Positions 11,451 to 22,965 of a stretch of DNA of 64,000 nt are shown piece after piece; position 1 is the stretch's first letter, and the number at the start of each line of letters is the position of its first letter. The DNA is from Klebsormidium nitens. Taxonomy: Eukaryota; Plantae; Klebsormidiophyceae. The notes beneath the pieces were generated by a model. The model made no database searches. It was not told the DNA's origin and saw nothing but the letters and a program-made list of their open reading frames with translations. Location of the stretch: positions 1 to 64,000 of the forward strand of contig DF236956.1 of the NCBI GenBank assembly GCA_000708835.1, in the 5' to 3' direction. A program made the translations under genes and the position numbers.

Positions 11451-14400
11451 GGCTGCAGAACTTTGCCCATGACGGACATAAAGATCATGCCAAAGATGAC
11501 CGCACCAGTAACCATCATCATTAACGGCATCTTGTAAGCCCTGCAAGAGAAAAATTTCGCACGTTGGAATTAACCGCGCCGTTAACTATCATTATCAAAA
11601 GGCACTTTGTACTCCTGCGAGGGGCGAATCTGACGTTGGATGACTCAAACGGTTTTCTTCCAATAGAATCTGCTTTTGAATAGCCGGCACTTTCCAAGGG
11701 GAGTGAATACCAGAACTATTTTGTCCTCAATAAGTGAGCCGCTTTGAAATTTGTAGGCGACAAGTCAGGTATGTGCGAATGCTGATTCATATGAAACACC
11801 CGGAGACCGATTCCGGACATTTTTCTGGTCTGCTCTTGCCGGCACCTACAAAGAACACCTTGCGCTACGTGAACCGTTGATCCCGCAGCAAGACCCATCG
11901 GACGGCCAGATCGGACCCATATGTAATTTTCTCACCATGTGGGCAGTCGGTTGATCTCCGCGAGCGTGCAGCGCGTTGTGGGCCAAAGATTGACCAGCAC
12001 GAACAATGCGAACGTCAGCGACCCGGCAACGCTGAACCCGCTGCGCTTTGGAGTCGTGATCTGCAGAAGCGAGAAGAGTTTTCAGTCTTTGGGAGCCTAA
12101 TGAACTTAATGTGCTGGGTGTCCGAGTGTGAGGTCGCTTGATATCGGCTGAAAGACACAACTCTGTAACTTCCATAAATGCAACATTTTCTCTTGCGTTG
12201 AGTTTCGACCCATATCAGAGGAGGCACTCTGAGTCAAGGCCCGATGAGAAGGCAGTCCCCTTTGTTATGAAAGACTCTCATCACGAATGACCAAGGAAAA
12301 CGGTCATTGTAGACGGAAGCAGAAACGAACCGGGATCCAATAAGAACGAATCAGACGTTGTTGAAGGCGCACACAGCGACCCCTAACCTGTAAAGGAATC
12401 CATATGGAGTGAACGGAACCGGAATACAACGCATCCTCACCTCGATGAAGAGGTTGGCGCACGCGACGACCCATGTGTGTCTAAATGAAATCCGTTTGGT
12501 GTAAGCCGAACAAGGAAGGACGCATTCACATCTCGTAGAATCGATTAGCGCACGCGACGACCAAGACTTTCCTTTCAGACAAAGCGGAAACGGAAACAGA
12601 AACGGTCTGCGGAAGGGACGCATTCCCACCTCGACGAAGAGGTTGGCGCACTCTAAAACCAACTCTGTCCATGCGAAGCCGAAACGGAAACGGAATGCGG
12701 AAGGGACGCGTTCCCACCCCGATGAAGAGATTGGCGCACGCGACGACCATGAACTTCCGTTCAGACGGAGCGGAAACGGAAATGGAAACGGAAACGGAAA
12801 CGGAATACGAAAGGGACACATTCCCACCTCGATGAAGAGGTTGGCGCACGCGACGACCATGGCGACGAGCAGCATGATGCAGGCAACTAGGTTGGGCAGC
12901 TCCAGCATGGGCCGGATGCCCGTCTTGTGGTCGCCCCACTTCATCCCGCGGCCGCGCACCGCGATGTACGTCGCCTCGATCGTGCCTGCGGGGTTTTGCC
13001 AGGGTTTTAGATTCAAAAGCTAGCTGTTTACGGGGAGTTCACTATGGATCGAAAATCGATCGGAAACGAAAATGCGTGCGAAAGGCTTCGTTTACTAGGA
13101 GCTGTAGTCGCTTCAATCCGGTCGGCTAAGGATTCTGCCTTGCCAATCATTGGTATTGGACGGGAGAACCACTCGGAGCGGAAGTACTCGATGTCCTGTT
13201 CGAGATGCGAGAACGAGACCTTCTGTTGACTCGGTTATTCTTGAGAACTTGCAATCTGTCGCCATTCCTTTTTTGTCCTCAGATAAGCCAAGCTGCGCGC
13301 AGCTGGAGCAAAAAGGTTGGGTGCACTTGTTCCGCATTTTCTTTAGATGCGGGCAGCATCTTTCGAGAACGAGTGAAGTACGAGCAGAAACAGGGGTTTG
13401 GATACAAAGCTCTGGTGTACCGTGACCTTCTGAAAACTGGGGGCCATAGAAAAAGCATATGCGTCGTCTCACCAACGATGGTGGTCCATGCGAAACCGAA
13501 CCAGGCTTGCATGGACCGGTAGATGTCTTTGGCCACCGTCCCGTTCTTGAAGAGGACGTAACACGCGACGCCAAACATGAAGAGGCGCACCGCCTGCAAC
13601 ACGAACAAAGAGACGTCTATGATAACGTTTGAGCATGTCACATTCCTGCATACGTCCGCAGAAGGACGTCTTCTGGCGGCCGCAGAGCAGTCTTTCCTCT
13701 GCGTAACAAAAGTAATCGCACAGCAAGATAGATATAATATGGAGAGGCAGAATCATTCCAAAGATTCAGAAATTCGAGGTAGAACCGAAGAAGGAGGGGT
13801 TCCAACGCAAGCCAGCTGACTCAGCTGTTCTGAGGAAAGTTTCTTGATCTTCATAATCAATCAAAAAGGAGATTGTCACCGAGAATCTGACGCGATCAGT
13901 CGTTTTGCACAGCTGCCTTACCTGGTAGCATGCGAGAGTGATGACCAGGATCGCCCCCGTCGAGAACTTGCCCCCGATCGCAAAGAACTTGAGCGGTGAC
14001 ACGTCACCCACGCAGTAAATGATGGCCATGACGTACATTGCCACCGCCTCGAGGGCCCCAAGCGGGTACAGCGTCTGCGGAGGGATACGGCGTGAGGCTT
14101 GTGGGCGATAAAATCCGTACCCAGATTCGATCGAATTCGGTAGGGACACCCTTGGGGCATTAAGCGCCTAATTGTTTATTGGACACAAGGTGCTGTCCAG
14201 GTGTCGCCGTAGTGATTCTTAAGCGGATTTTGGCTTCTCTTTTTCAAAGACATGAACCCCATATTACTATATTTGGATTGGCCACAGAGCCCATGCGACC
14301 AGCCTATCTGTTTTTCTTTTGGATTATTCAGCTTGTTTGGCACAAGAGCAAACGCATGACAAGCTTTAGCCTCAGAGGGCGCGAGGATCCATTATCATTT

Positions 14401-17400
14401 TCACTGCACAGGTGACATGCACAAGAAATTCTTGCAGTCTTTCTACTTCGGGCGTCATCAAAAGGGTCAAAACCACACTCATAAGCCAAGGTTCCTTTCT
14501 GGGTATGGTTGCAAACGGGCATCGCGTATGCACCATGTCGAAGAAGATGATGGTGTGGAAGATCCGCAGGATCGTGCTCTTCCGCCGCGCGTCGCGGAAA
14601 TGGTGCCCCGTGTCCTCCGGACAGATGGGCTTCGCCGCCTCCTTCGGTGCGTACCGAGCCAACGTCAGCTTCTTGTCGGCCTGTACGGAACAAAGTCCCT
14701 GATTTACTGTGTGGTCAACGCACCAAGCGCGGGCTTCTTTTCAACACCTCGGCATAGAGGTGCTGATTCAGCTTGTATTAGGTGCACAAGAGTCCGCCTC
14801 TGATCGACCTGTTTAAAGGAGGCTCGCTAGCGCCTCGTGATGAGTTTAGGCCAGGAATACCTTGCTAGATTTATTTCGCTGCTTTTATCACCGCTTCATT
14901 CTACAGGACAAGAGAAAAGGAAGAGCCCTGACGCCTTGCGAGAGCATCCTTTGGAAATTTTTGTCAAGGAAAAAGGAAGAGGCCACACGAAGAAGGAAAG
15001 AACGTGAAGGTGAAAGACAGAGGTAGCGCAGTGCCTGATTGTGATGCTTCTGAATCATTTTATCGGACACTTTCTGCTAAAGCGTCTGTCCAGCTGAAAG
15101 TCCTTTAAAATTTCTTAGGGCAGGAAACCCCCAGACTCTAAAGGTGGGAGCGGTAGAAAAACCAAAGCGACTCTCCTTGGACGCCTCACCTGTTGCCGCA
15201 GCGGCGGGTTGAGAAACCGCCGCGAGATGCCGAGCCAGGTGCGTCCATACTCTAGCCAGAACATCTGGACCGACCTGCGGGACAAGGACTGAGAATTGTC
15301 GAGGAGCTGACGCCAAACGAGGGCTGGACTCACATGAGCTTCAGGCCAAGACGAGTTATATCCAAAGCTCACTTCCTTCCTTGTAGTTCCCGCTCTCGTC
15401 TTACTGGACCTGTGTGATCGCCTACGCAGAACTGCGAGAAGCCATAAGTTTGGTCCAATGAGCCTATTCCCCCCTATTCCTTTCAAACGTACTCTCGACT
15501 CAGACTCTTCGAGGAGTTGCTTCTGTTGGTGAACCCCCTCATCCGATGTCACTCTGTTTTCCTGCCGCTTAAACGGAGTCGGTGCAAGCTCCTCCATCCA
15601 GTCCCAAACTATTGAAATTTCCTCGTCTACGGGACAAGCAATATTTGCCAATGCTCCGAAAACTCACTCTTAACCCATTTCTTGACTCACCCGATGACCC
15701 ATCGCTTCCGCTCGTCCATGGTCTCCCCGACCGTCTCGCGCGCGTGCCCCGACGCTAGGTTGATGTTCAGATACGCGCCCTTCCAGCCGAAGCTGTGCAG
15801 CTTGTTGGCCGTCGCCGCGTCCTCCGTCAGGCAGCCGTAGATGAAGCCCAGGCCGTCATCAAGGGCTGGAAATGAGAGTTGGTAATTAGCCAGTGATGTT
15901 GATCCGGATTTCAGCCGAAGCTGTGCAGCTCATTGTCCGTCGCCGCGCCCTCCTCGTTAGGCAGCCATTGATGAAGCCCAAGCCGTCATCAAGGGCTGGA
16001 AATGGGAGTTAGTATTCAGGCGCTGATAGTGATTGATTTTAAGCCGAAGCTGTGCAGCTCATTGTCGGTCGCCGCGTCCTCCTCGTTAGGCAGCCATAGA
16101 TGAAGCCCAGGCCGTCATCAAGGGCTGGAAATGAGAGTTAGTGTTCAGGCGCTGATATTCATCGAATTTTCAGTCGAAGCTGTGCAGTTTGTTGGCCGTG
16201 GGTGCCTCTTCGGTCAGGCAGACGTAGATGAAGCCCAGGCCGTCATCGAGGGCTGAGAATGAAAAGTTGCAATTGAGTTTGATTGAAGTCTACCTTCGTC
16301 CAGAGTTGATATTGATGCGCACGTGGCTGATAAAGTGCACACAGTTTCTGCTTTGTTAACAGGTCAATAAATGGAGCCTGATAGGATCATCTGCAGATCT
16401 CCGTTGAGCAGTAAGTAGTAGGTCGAGCTGAGAACCTTTTAAAATAGAAGGCAGGGACTAAGTTTGTGATCGTTAGTCAGGCTTAAATCTGGGCCGACTG
16501 CTAGATATTTGTAAGTAGGGAAAGACGAGGCTAGTCTGCCCGACCTCAGCCATGCTTATTTGCATCCGCGGTCGATCATTTTCAAGTGGAACATGCAGTC
16601 TGGCAGATGACGTCACGTTTTCCGTGCCTTACCTGGCTTGAAGAAGACCGCGTTCGTTCCGGCGAACGACGCCATACCGATGCCGTCCCTTCCGGCCTGG
16701 ATGCTGGAGAAGAAGACTCCGTTGCTCTGGTACAGCGGATCGTCGGAACCCTGCGACTCCTCGATGTTGCTGAACGTCTGGGGGGTCTGAACGAAGCCGA
16801 CCTGGGGGGGGTGGAAGAGCGGCGTGAGAAACGCTACTCAACTTTCATACTTCGGGGGTTTCAAGGACCCTGATTCAACTCAAATGCATTCACAGAAGGT
16901 AGAAAAGGAATGAGCCGTTTGTCTCCAAGTGGGCTGTGAAGAGTCGTCTCGATTCGCAAAGAAGGGCGCTGCCCTGTTTTGGATGTGCCACGCAGGGGCT
17001 AAGAACCAACGCACAAATACTTCATAAGAGCGAAACTTGGGTCGTATGCACTCCCTTGAGCACTCTTTTCAGCGGCCGACGTCACGCATGACGTCAGCGT
17101 GACGTATCTCACCTTCCAGTCGGGCAGCCATGCCTCCTTTTCGACGTCGTACTGGTAGAAGAGCGGCATGATGCGCTGCAAAAAGTCCGGCTTGGGCTCC
17201 ATGTCGACGTCGAAGAAGGCCAGGAACTGGGCGGACGTGCCTGCGTTCGACGTCGAAGATCCAAATCACGCTTGCTGTCACTTGAGCCAATCCGCTTGGA
17301 GGATGCTGCTACTGCGAATCAGGCGGATGGGCTGTGCAGATTGCCGGCCCAGATAACAATTGCGGCGTCTGCTTCAAGGGGTGCAGATTGTATTCCGCGC

Positions 17401-20400
17401 GAGAAAAAGGTAAATAATATGCCGTGCTTTAAAGTTCACACGAAAGAGACTTTTGGGGTCCCCTTACTTCCATGACCATAATAGGTCAGCTTTTGAGAAG
17501 AAGCAGAAGCAACCACAAAGCGAGCTTTCGGTATGTGCAAGTATAGGACCAGGCAACCTCGGCTTATCCGCATGGAATGAGCGCCCAAACCAACTTTTCA
17601 ACACCAATCTAAAAGCTCGGCTTACCGGCGTTGTAAATGGCGTTCTCCAGATTCCCCGTCTTGAAGTGGCTCTCCTTGCCCTTCATCCGGCTAATGATGC
17701 TCACTTTCGGAAGCCTTTTTTTCGGGTCCACGAAATTCACAATTACCATGCCCCCCGGCGCGGTGTGCCGTCGGGGCACCAAGTGCCCGGGGATCTTTAT
17801 CCGGTTAGGCTTTAACCCTTCCAAAACCTTGATGACCATGGACTCGAGCTCCGCCCCGAGCGTCGAGACGCCGTACGCGCCGTTGGCGCGCTTGCCGAGG
17901 TACCCGTCGTCCAGGATCTGCGGAAACCAGCGTGGTTAAGGAACGGGTTTACGGGTAGCTTTGGTTTCAGCTTCGGATTGGGGAGGGGTTTGCACACACT
18001 TTTTGGTTTGTTTATGCGGTAGGTTTGTGGCCAGTGGGATGTAGCTTGTGAGGTGGGTTAACAGGAAGCTTAGAAGCGAACGAGGTACCCGTCGTCCAGG
18101 ATCTGCGGGAAAACCAGCGTGGTTTAGGACCGGGTTTGTGAGTTGGTTCTTGGTGTGGTGTTTGGGCGGTCTTGAAGGTTCTGCGGTAAGTTTGTGGGCA
18201 GGTTCATGTAGGTTGTGAGGTGGGGATTACGGGCAGGTTAGACGCGAACAAGATACCTGCACGGAACTCGGCGTGGTTAGCCAACGGGTTTAAAGGCAGT
18301 CTTGAGTTGGTAAAGGGGTGAGTCTGTGCCAAGTCGTGCATTGGTTATGAGCTCGGCAGCTTGGATGTTTACGAGGCACTCATCGTCCAGAATACGAAGG
18401 AAGTAAAGGAGTTTTAGGGCTGGCTTAAGGAGTGTGTTTCTGAGCAGTTTGGCAAAAGTGTCAAAAACTTGGGTTGCCTCTGTTAAGGCTTGCCTGCAAA
18501 CCGTATCGGCCACGTCGCGCGTCTCAAGCACAAGTGATATTTTAATCAGAATTCTGGTAAACAGTCGCTTTCAATCGTGAACTAGAACGAGTAGCCTAGC
18601 AAGAAAGAAAAGCATGGGGTCCCCTCCTTCAAGGCCGCTCGTATCGTCCCTACTGGACAAAAACTCACGGCAAGCTCCGTGTGACCTTTAAACCACATTC
18701 ACGAAACGTCCAGACTACAGCCCTTGGCAACGCCAAGGTGTCGATTCTACGGTCCAAGTCGAGAGGCCCTGTTTGAGAAGTCTGCCCACCTTGATGTGCA
18801 GTTTGTGCTTGGGGTAGTCCATCTGCAGGGCCTTCTCGAGCGGGCCCCGCAGCTCTTCCACGGGCTCCAAGTAGTGGCAGAAGCAGATGTCAACCTCGGG
18901 CCAATCGTCCTTCTCAAATGTGGGGTACATCCCTCTGCAAAGAGCGTATACTGTGTAGTTGTAGAAAAGCTCACTGGTTCGTTACAAATATTTTCTCGTT
19001 GAGGAACCCAGAACACATGACGCCTGGGGATGTAGATCAGCCAACATGCCTGAAGCAAGCTAGTGACCGTCTTTGACTTTCTACAGCACCCTTTCCATAA
19101 TTGCAGGAGGCATGATCTCAGAAGCCAGTTCAAGGTGCTGAAGATTCAACTCGTTTGGGAAAAAATATGTTACTTGCAATACAGCCGCACGCGGGAAGGT
19201 TTTGTCGTATCGTATCGTCTATCGAGAAGCGCATGCGAATCAAGAGAGACTCCTGCATTGAAGTTTCATGGCTGAAGAAACTAGAGAGGGTTCGAAGGGC
19301 GCCCCCCACCTGAGCGTGATATCGTTGCGCTCCGTAGCGTACCAGAAGTTGAAGAAGAAGCAGATCCCGAGCAGCCAGCTTACGAGCTCGCTCACAAAGA
19401 ACATGCTGCTCACAATCACGTTCGCGTATGCGAGTGACAGCGTGTAAAAGTACCACGGACCCAGCACTAGAAACACCAGATACGTTGGCCGGAACACGTA
19501 TTTGATGATCGGCCGAATCGTAGCCCTCGATGCAGTGATCGGCTCGTTGGCCGCCAGCCCGAGCCGCGCCCTTATGTCCTCCGCCGTCGGCTTGCGGGAG
19601 ATGTCGAGGAAAGCTTGCGGCCCGCTCTTTGCGGCCTGGTTGCGGATCTTCGCCGGGTTTATGCCAAAGGGTTGCGGGGTTTTGGCGGGGGCTGCCTGCC
19701 GACCAATCAATGGCAGGGGTGTCGTTTCGGCTGAAGAGTTTTGCCCCCCGTTCGGACTGCCCCTTGGTGGGGGGGTAACGTTTCCTGCGAGTTCAGCCCC
19801 CTGGTCCGAACCTGTGCTTTCGTACGCCACCAGGTGCTGTCCGGGCCAGTCCGAAATGAGCAGCCTCTGAGGACCGTTCTCAACGCCGAGCGGAGACTTC
19901 TTTCCGATCTGGGTGCTCGTTTCTTGCCCAGGACTATACTCCAGTTCGGGCACTTCTCTGATTGTCCCCAGTGCTGCGCTCTGCCGAGAACCGGTTAGGG
20001 GCTGAGACTCCGCCGCCGGTTCCTCATCGTCTGGCTCCGTCACATAGCTTATGGACGACGCCGCCGATGCCGGCGTTTCATTGTGCGGCAGCTCCTGAAC
20101 GACGGGCGATCCCTCCAGGTTAGCCTCTAACCCGGCCCCCTCAATCCCGTTTTCTGCTCGCCCATTTTCCTCCGAATCAGCTCCAGCTTTGGCCCCGTAA
20201 AATCCATTCCCGGCATGGCCCGTCGTTTTCGGACCTCCCTCGCGCACGACGGATGTCCGCACGCGCACCGGTCGCAGCTTGGACAGGTCAAAGCCGTCCG
20301 GTTCCTCCTCGTTGCGCGGTGTGAATACGGGCGTGTTTGAGGAAGAGTAAATGTGGTCGTCTTCCGCGGGCGGAGAGCGGAGCACTCGGTTGGTGTCCAA

Positions 20401-20460
20401 GCGCGGGGGCCCGTGGCCCTCGCTCTGCTTCTTGCTGATCAGACTCGAGAGGAAGCCCAT
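6045..20460 (-). CDS. Cellulose-synthase-like GT2 fused to a C-terminal GH8-like domain; 21 exons, 1386 aa
   Basis: Exons (high to low): 20460-19310, 18934-18790, 17917-17626, 17240-17113, 16801-16633, 15865-15691, 15274-15190, 14680-14534, 14074-13922, 13593-13473, 12985-12828, 12060-11936, 11540-11387, 10664-10486, 10123-10030, 9758-9656, 9057-8895, 8474-8340, 7582-7453, 7055-6977, 6319-6045. All introns are GT-AG with matching phases; the sum is 4161 nt (1387 codons, no internal stop). GT2 motifs in order: PEVD..HYLEP, DYP, ILDDG, KTGN, DVD, QTPQ, GTN, TED, ERKRW. About 7 predicted TM helices, then the GH8 domain. Confidence 0.9.
9130..9203 (-). repeat. Intronic copy of the exon-17 acceptor plus the exon 5' end
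   Basis: Near copy of 8991-9063 (…GCCGGACGCGTCCGGACCTGCAGG) with an intact CAG acceptor. Confidence 0.9.
12352..12815 (-). repeat. About five intronic copies of the exon-11 3' end and donor, interleaved with a (GGAAAC)n-like microsatellite
   Basis: Motif CCCACCTCGATGAAGAGGTTGGCGCACGCGACGACC recurs near 12432, 12522, 12620 and 12708, with a degenerate copy near 12352. Confidence 0.85.
14440..14505 (-). pseudogene. nad3: Short mitochondrial nad3-derived insertion (NUMT) in intron 8 of the GT2-GH8 gene
   Basis: 14442-14483 (-) encodes YECGFDPFDDARSR, the conserved plant/algal Nad3 loop. It is AT-rich and flanked by non-nad3 sequence. Confidence 0.75.
15913..16262 (-). repeat. Three tandem pseudo-exon copies (~130-bp period) of the exon-6 acceptor and TED-coding segment
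   Basis: Copies at ~15913-16010, 16042-16140 and 16172-16262 of GCCGAAGCTGTGCAGC…ATGAAGCCCAGGCCGTCATCAAGGGCTG, all with an intact YAG acceptor. Confidence 0.9.
18083..18400 (-). repeat. Intronic copies of the exon-3 acceptor (ILDDG-coding start)
   Basis: GAGGTACCCGTCGTCCAGGATCTGCGG at 17897 and 18083; degenerate copies near 18250 and 18370-18395. Confidence 0.8.
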
Positions 20461-20840
20461 CTTGTTTGAGGCTTTACCAGCTCTTTTGCCAAGGCCCGTA
20501 CATTGCAGAATGTATGAGGAGGTTCTAGCACAGCAGCTCCTTTGCTAGGGAAGGAACACTAGCAAAAGGCCATTGAGTACGGGCAGTGTTTTACCAGCTT
20601 CCTTCCTTTTGTTTTCGGCAGATTCATGCAGAAATGCGGCTATTCCACCAGCTCTCCTTCTTAAGGCACACCCGTCCGAGTAAAACGACCTGCGTTATTC
20701 CCAGGACTTCCGTGCAATTTGTCGCTGCGAAAGTTGGAGCTGAGCTCTCAGTACTCGCGAAGAGCCTGCAAGACTGTAAAGTCACACCGAGTGGCTGGAG
20801 CTACCTCCGCCTGGCCTGGCAGGGTCTGCAGCTGCGGTGC

Positions 20841-21940
20841 TAGATTTGTATGAGGGCCTTTGCGGTGTGCACCTCGGATGTTGCCAGCTCGTCGAGCTCA
20901 GCCTGCGGGAATTCCACTCTCATGAGCTCAATAGGGGATTAGTTCCTCAAGGGATGCGGTAGTCAGGGCCACCTGAAGCAAGGGCATTAGGTAGCCTAAA
21001 ACAGAGCCGCAGAAAGACCTGAATCTTGCAGCGGCGAGGGAATGATTGATATGCTGGCAAATTGCAGAATGTACAGCTACTCTAGCTGCAGTGGCTGGGA
21101 TTTGCGTACCTACTAGGTAGCTGAAAACAGATAGGTATACAATGGGTGCAAGCTGGTGGACGGGGTGCTTTGGGAGCAAGCTCCGACCCGTACACCGGTG
21201 ACATGCAAGCGCCTCACAGGTTCTTTCCAAGGTCCGGTATCCTATTTCAATGTCATTTTCATTGACGGAGCCTTGCATCCTGAAATATTGAATGTGGCGC
21301 GCGCGGAAAAGTTCCAGCTGTTCAGCATCGTCGATGTGGTGGTTGCTATCTTGATCGGACGGACTCAAGAGGTTTAGTAATCTGCGGAGCCTGAGCCTGA
21401 GGGGTGTCGTCACCTCCCGTGTGTCAGATAGAACGTTCACGACCGAGCATGACGTTTGCGCGGGGCGGGAGCTGCGGAGCAACCACTCCCCAGGGTTTCC
21501 AAGGGACTTTTGTCCCGGCCGGCTGGCTGCCGACACCCCCCCGGTTCTGTCGGCTCGGTAGTCGGCAGTTGGCTTTACCGGCCGGCTGAGCCCAGCAATT
21601 GCCTGCCTTTTCTGCCGGCCAACCAGCCGGCGGGGTGCCTTCGGCACCGGCCGGGGTCTAGTCTCGGCCGGCCAGGTCCAGGTTCTCTTGCCGGCTGTGG
21701 GAAACCCTGCCAACTCCCGCCACTGCAAAGCCCTGAAGCCCCGGCTAGCTGCATGATCGGGCACTCCAACTCCACCATCATGGTTGGAAAGTGGAAGCTC
21801 GTCCTTTGAAGTTTATCAGCTGCATTCCTTGGCATTGATGAGCAATATTCGTGTATTTGGGACGCACATTGTCTCTCTGCGTTCCTTGCGCATCCTGATT
21901 CGGCGTCTTGGACAATTCGAAACTCCTGGTCTATCACCTA
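20841..21940 (-). CDS. Possible small spliced gene of unknown function
   Basis: Candidate exons with good splice sites, e.g. ~21381-21208 (…DDAEQLELFRARHIQYFRMQGSVNENDIEIGYRTLERT) and ~20903-20841 (AELDELATSEVHTAKALIQI*). No family recognised and the 5' end is unresolved. Confidence 0.35.
21491..21709. mobile_element. hAT-type MITE, copy 1 (~219 bp)
   Basis: TIRs CAGGGTTTCC…/…TGGGAAACCCTG; homologous over its length to 31702-31919. The flanking 8-mers are an imperfect TSD (CCACTCCC/CCAACTCC). Confidence 0.85.
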
Positions 21941-22965
21941 CACTCACTGGGTTGTATCTCGAGGATGGCATTTCTGAGCTGATCAGCTTGGGGGCAGTCT
22001 TATCACAAGGTGAGACGGACTGCATTTGGAAGAGTGGTCGCCGGATCTTGCTGCTTTTGCAGTTTCATTGGTGTCGGGGGCTCGCTATGCCTTTCGCAAT
22101 TCACCACGTTGAATCCGAGGGTTGCAAGACCATGAGATCGCTCTGTGCATAAGAGACAGCTAGATTACATGGGCCGTGGTTCCAAATTGCCGTATTCTTA
22201 GATGATTTCACCCCCCGGCCTCCATTCTTCTTGTACCAGTAATGCCCACTTGGGGCACATGATTTTCACCTCAATCTTCAATCGGCAGCGTTTTCCTGAG
22301 TTAGAAACGTGCTCTGGTACTCGTACTACCAGGTCTAACTCAGTTTGCTCACTGCCTTCTGTGGCCGAGTTTCATTTCCCCCCCTTTTTCCTCTTGTGGG
22401 GCATAAGTCATGGAGGACATTTGGAATTTTCCAGTAAAGAAACAAATGTACGATACTTTCGTATACTTATACTTTTTCCTATGTCGGTGGGACTTGCTTC
22501 CCTCGAGGTGATCAAGTACCTTGAAAGTGTCATGGATGTCACATAGTTAAGTCTGATCTCTTCACAAAAGACTTGCCCCTTGGGGTTTGAGAAAGGCGAT
22601 GCATCTGATATTATGCGTGTTTATTATTGCCCGATCAAAGCTGCCTTGTGTTTCAAATCTCCCTGTTTCTTGCAACGCGGAATGTCTACCCATTCGCGAC
22701 CTTATTTTTTTCTCTCAATGCAGGGCGTGTGCTTGGCATCTTCACAAATGGACACCCCCATCGCTCAGAGTTGGGCGATGCATCTTGCTTCTGAAAATAG
22801 AAACGGTGATTGTCCAAGCCCTGTCCAGCGCTGTTGTAAGTGACGGGCTTGGTTAGATTAGTGTAAAAGCTTCCACAGTGAACAGGCTCAGAAGCAGATT
22901 TTGGGGTTGAACGCAAGCCCACGGTTCGGAGCAAACCCCACATCCAGCAAAGCCCTTCTTTGAGA

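Larger units (their letters stand above)
15691..18934 (-). other. GT2 catalytic domain exons (2-6) of the fusion gene, bacterial BcsA-like layout
   Basis: D, DxD, TED and (Q/E)xxRW signature present. No RING zinc finger, no obvious plant P-CR/CSR-sized insertions and no PilZ domain. Confidence 0.85.

Noticed and set aside
6045-11546. GH8 as a separate gene starting at MPLMMM (11530)
   Set aside because: A strong acceptor at 11541 and exact phase continuity with exon 12 favour the fusion; RNA evidence is still needed.
12351-13016. 221-aa ORF with repeated VVACANLFIEV and PFPFPF
   Set aside because: Only 12985-12828 is exon; the rest is read-through into intronic donor duplications and a microsatellite.
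18277-18531. ORF containing LRILDDE, suggesting an alternative GT2 exon
   Set aside because: It is a degenerate intronic copy of the exon-3 start with no other GT2 similarity.
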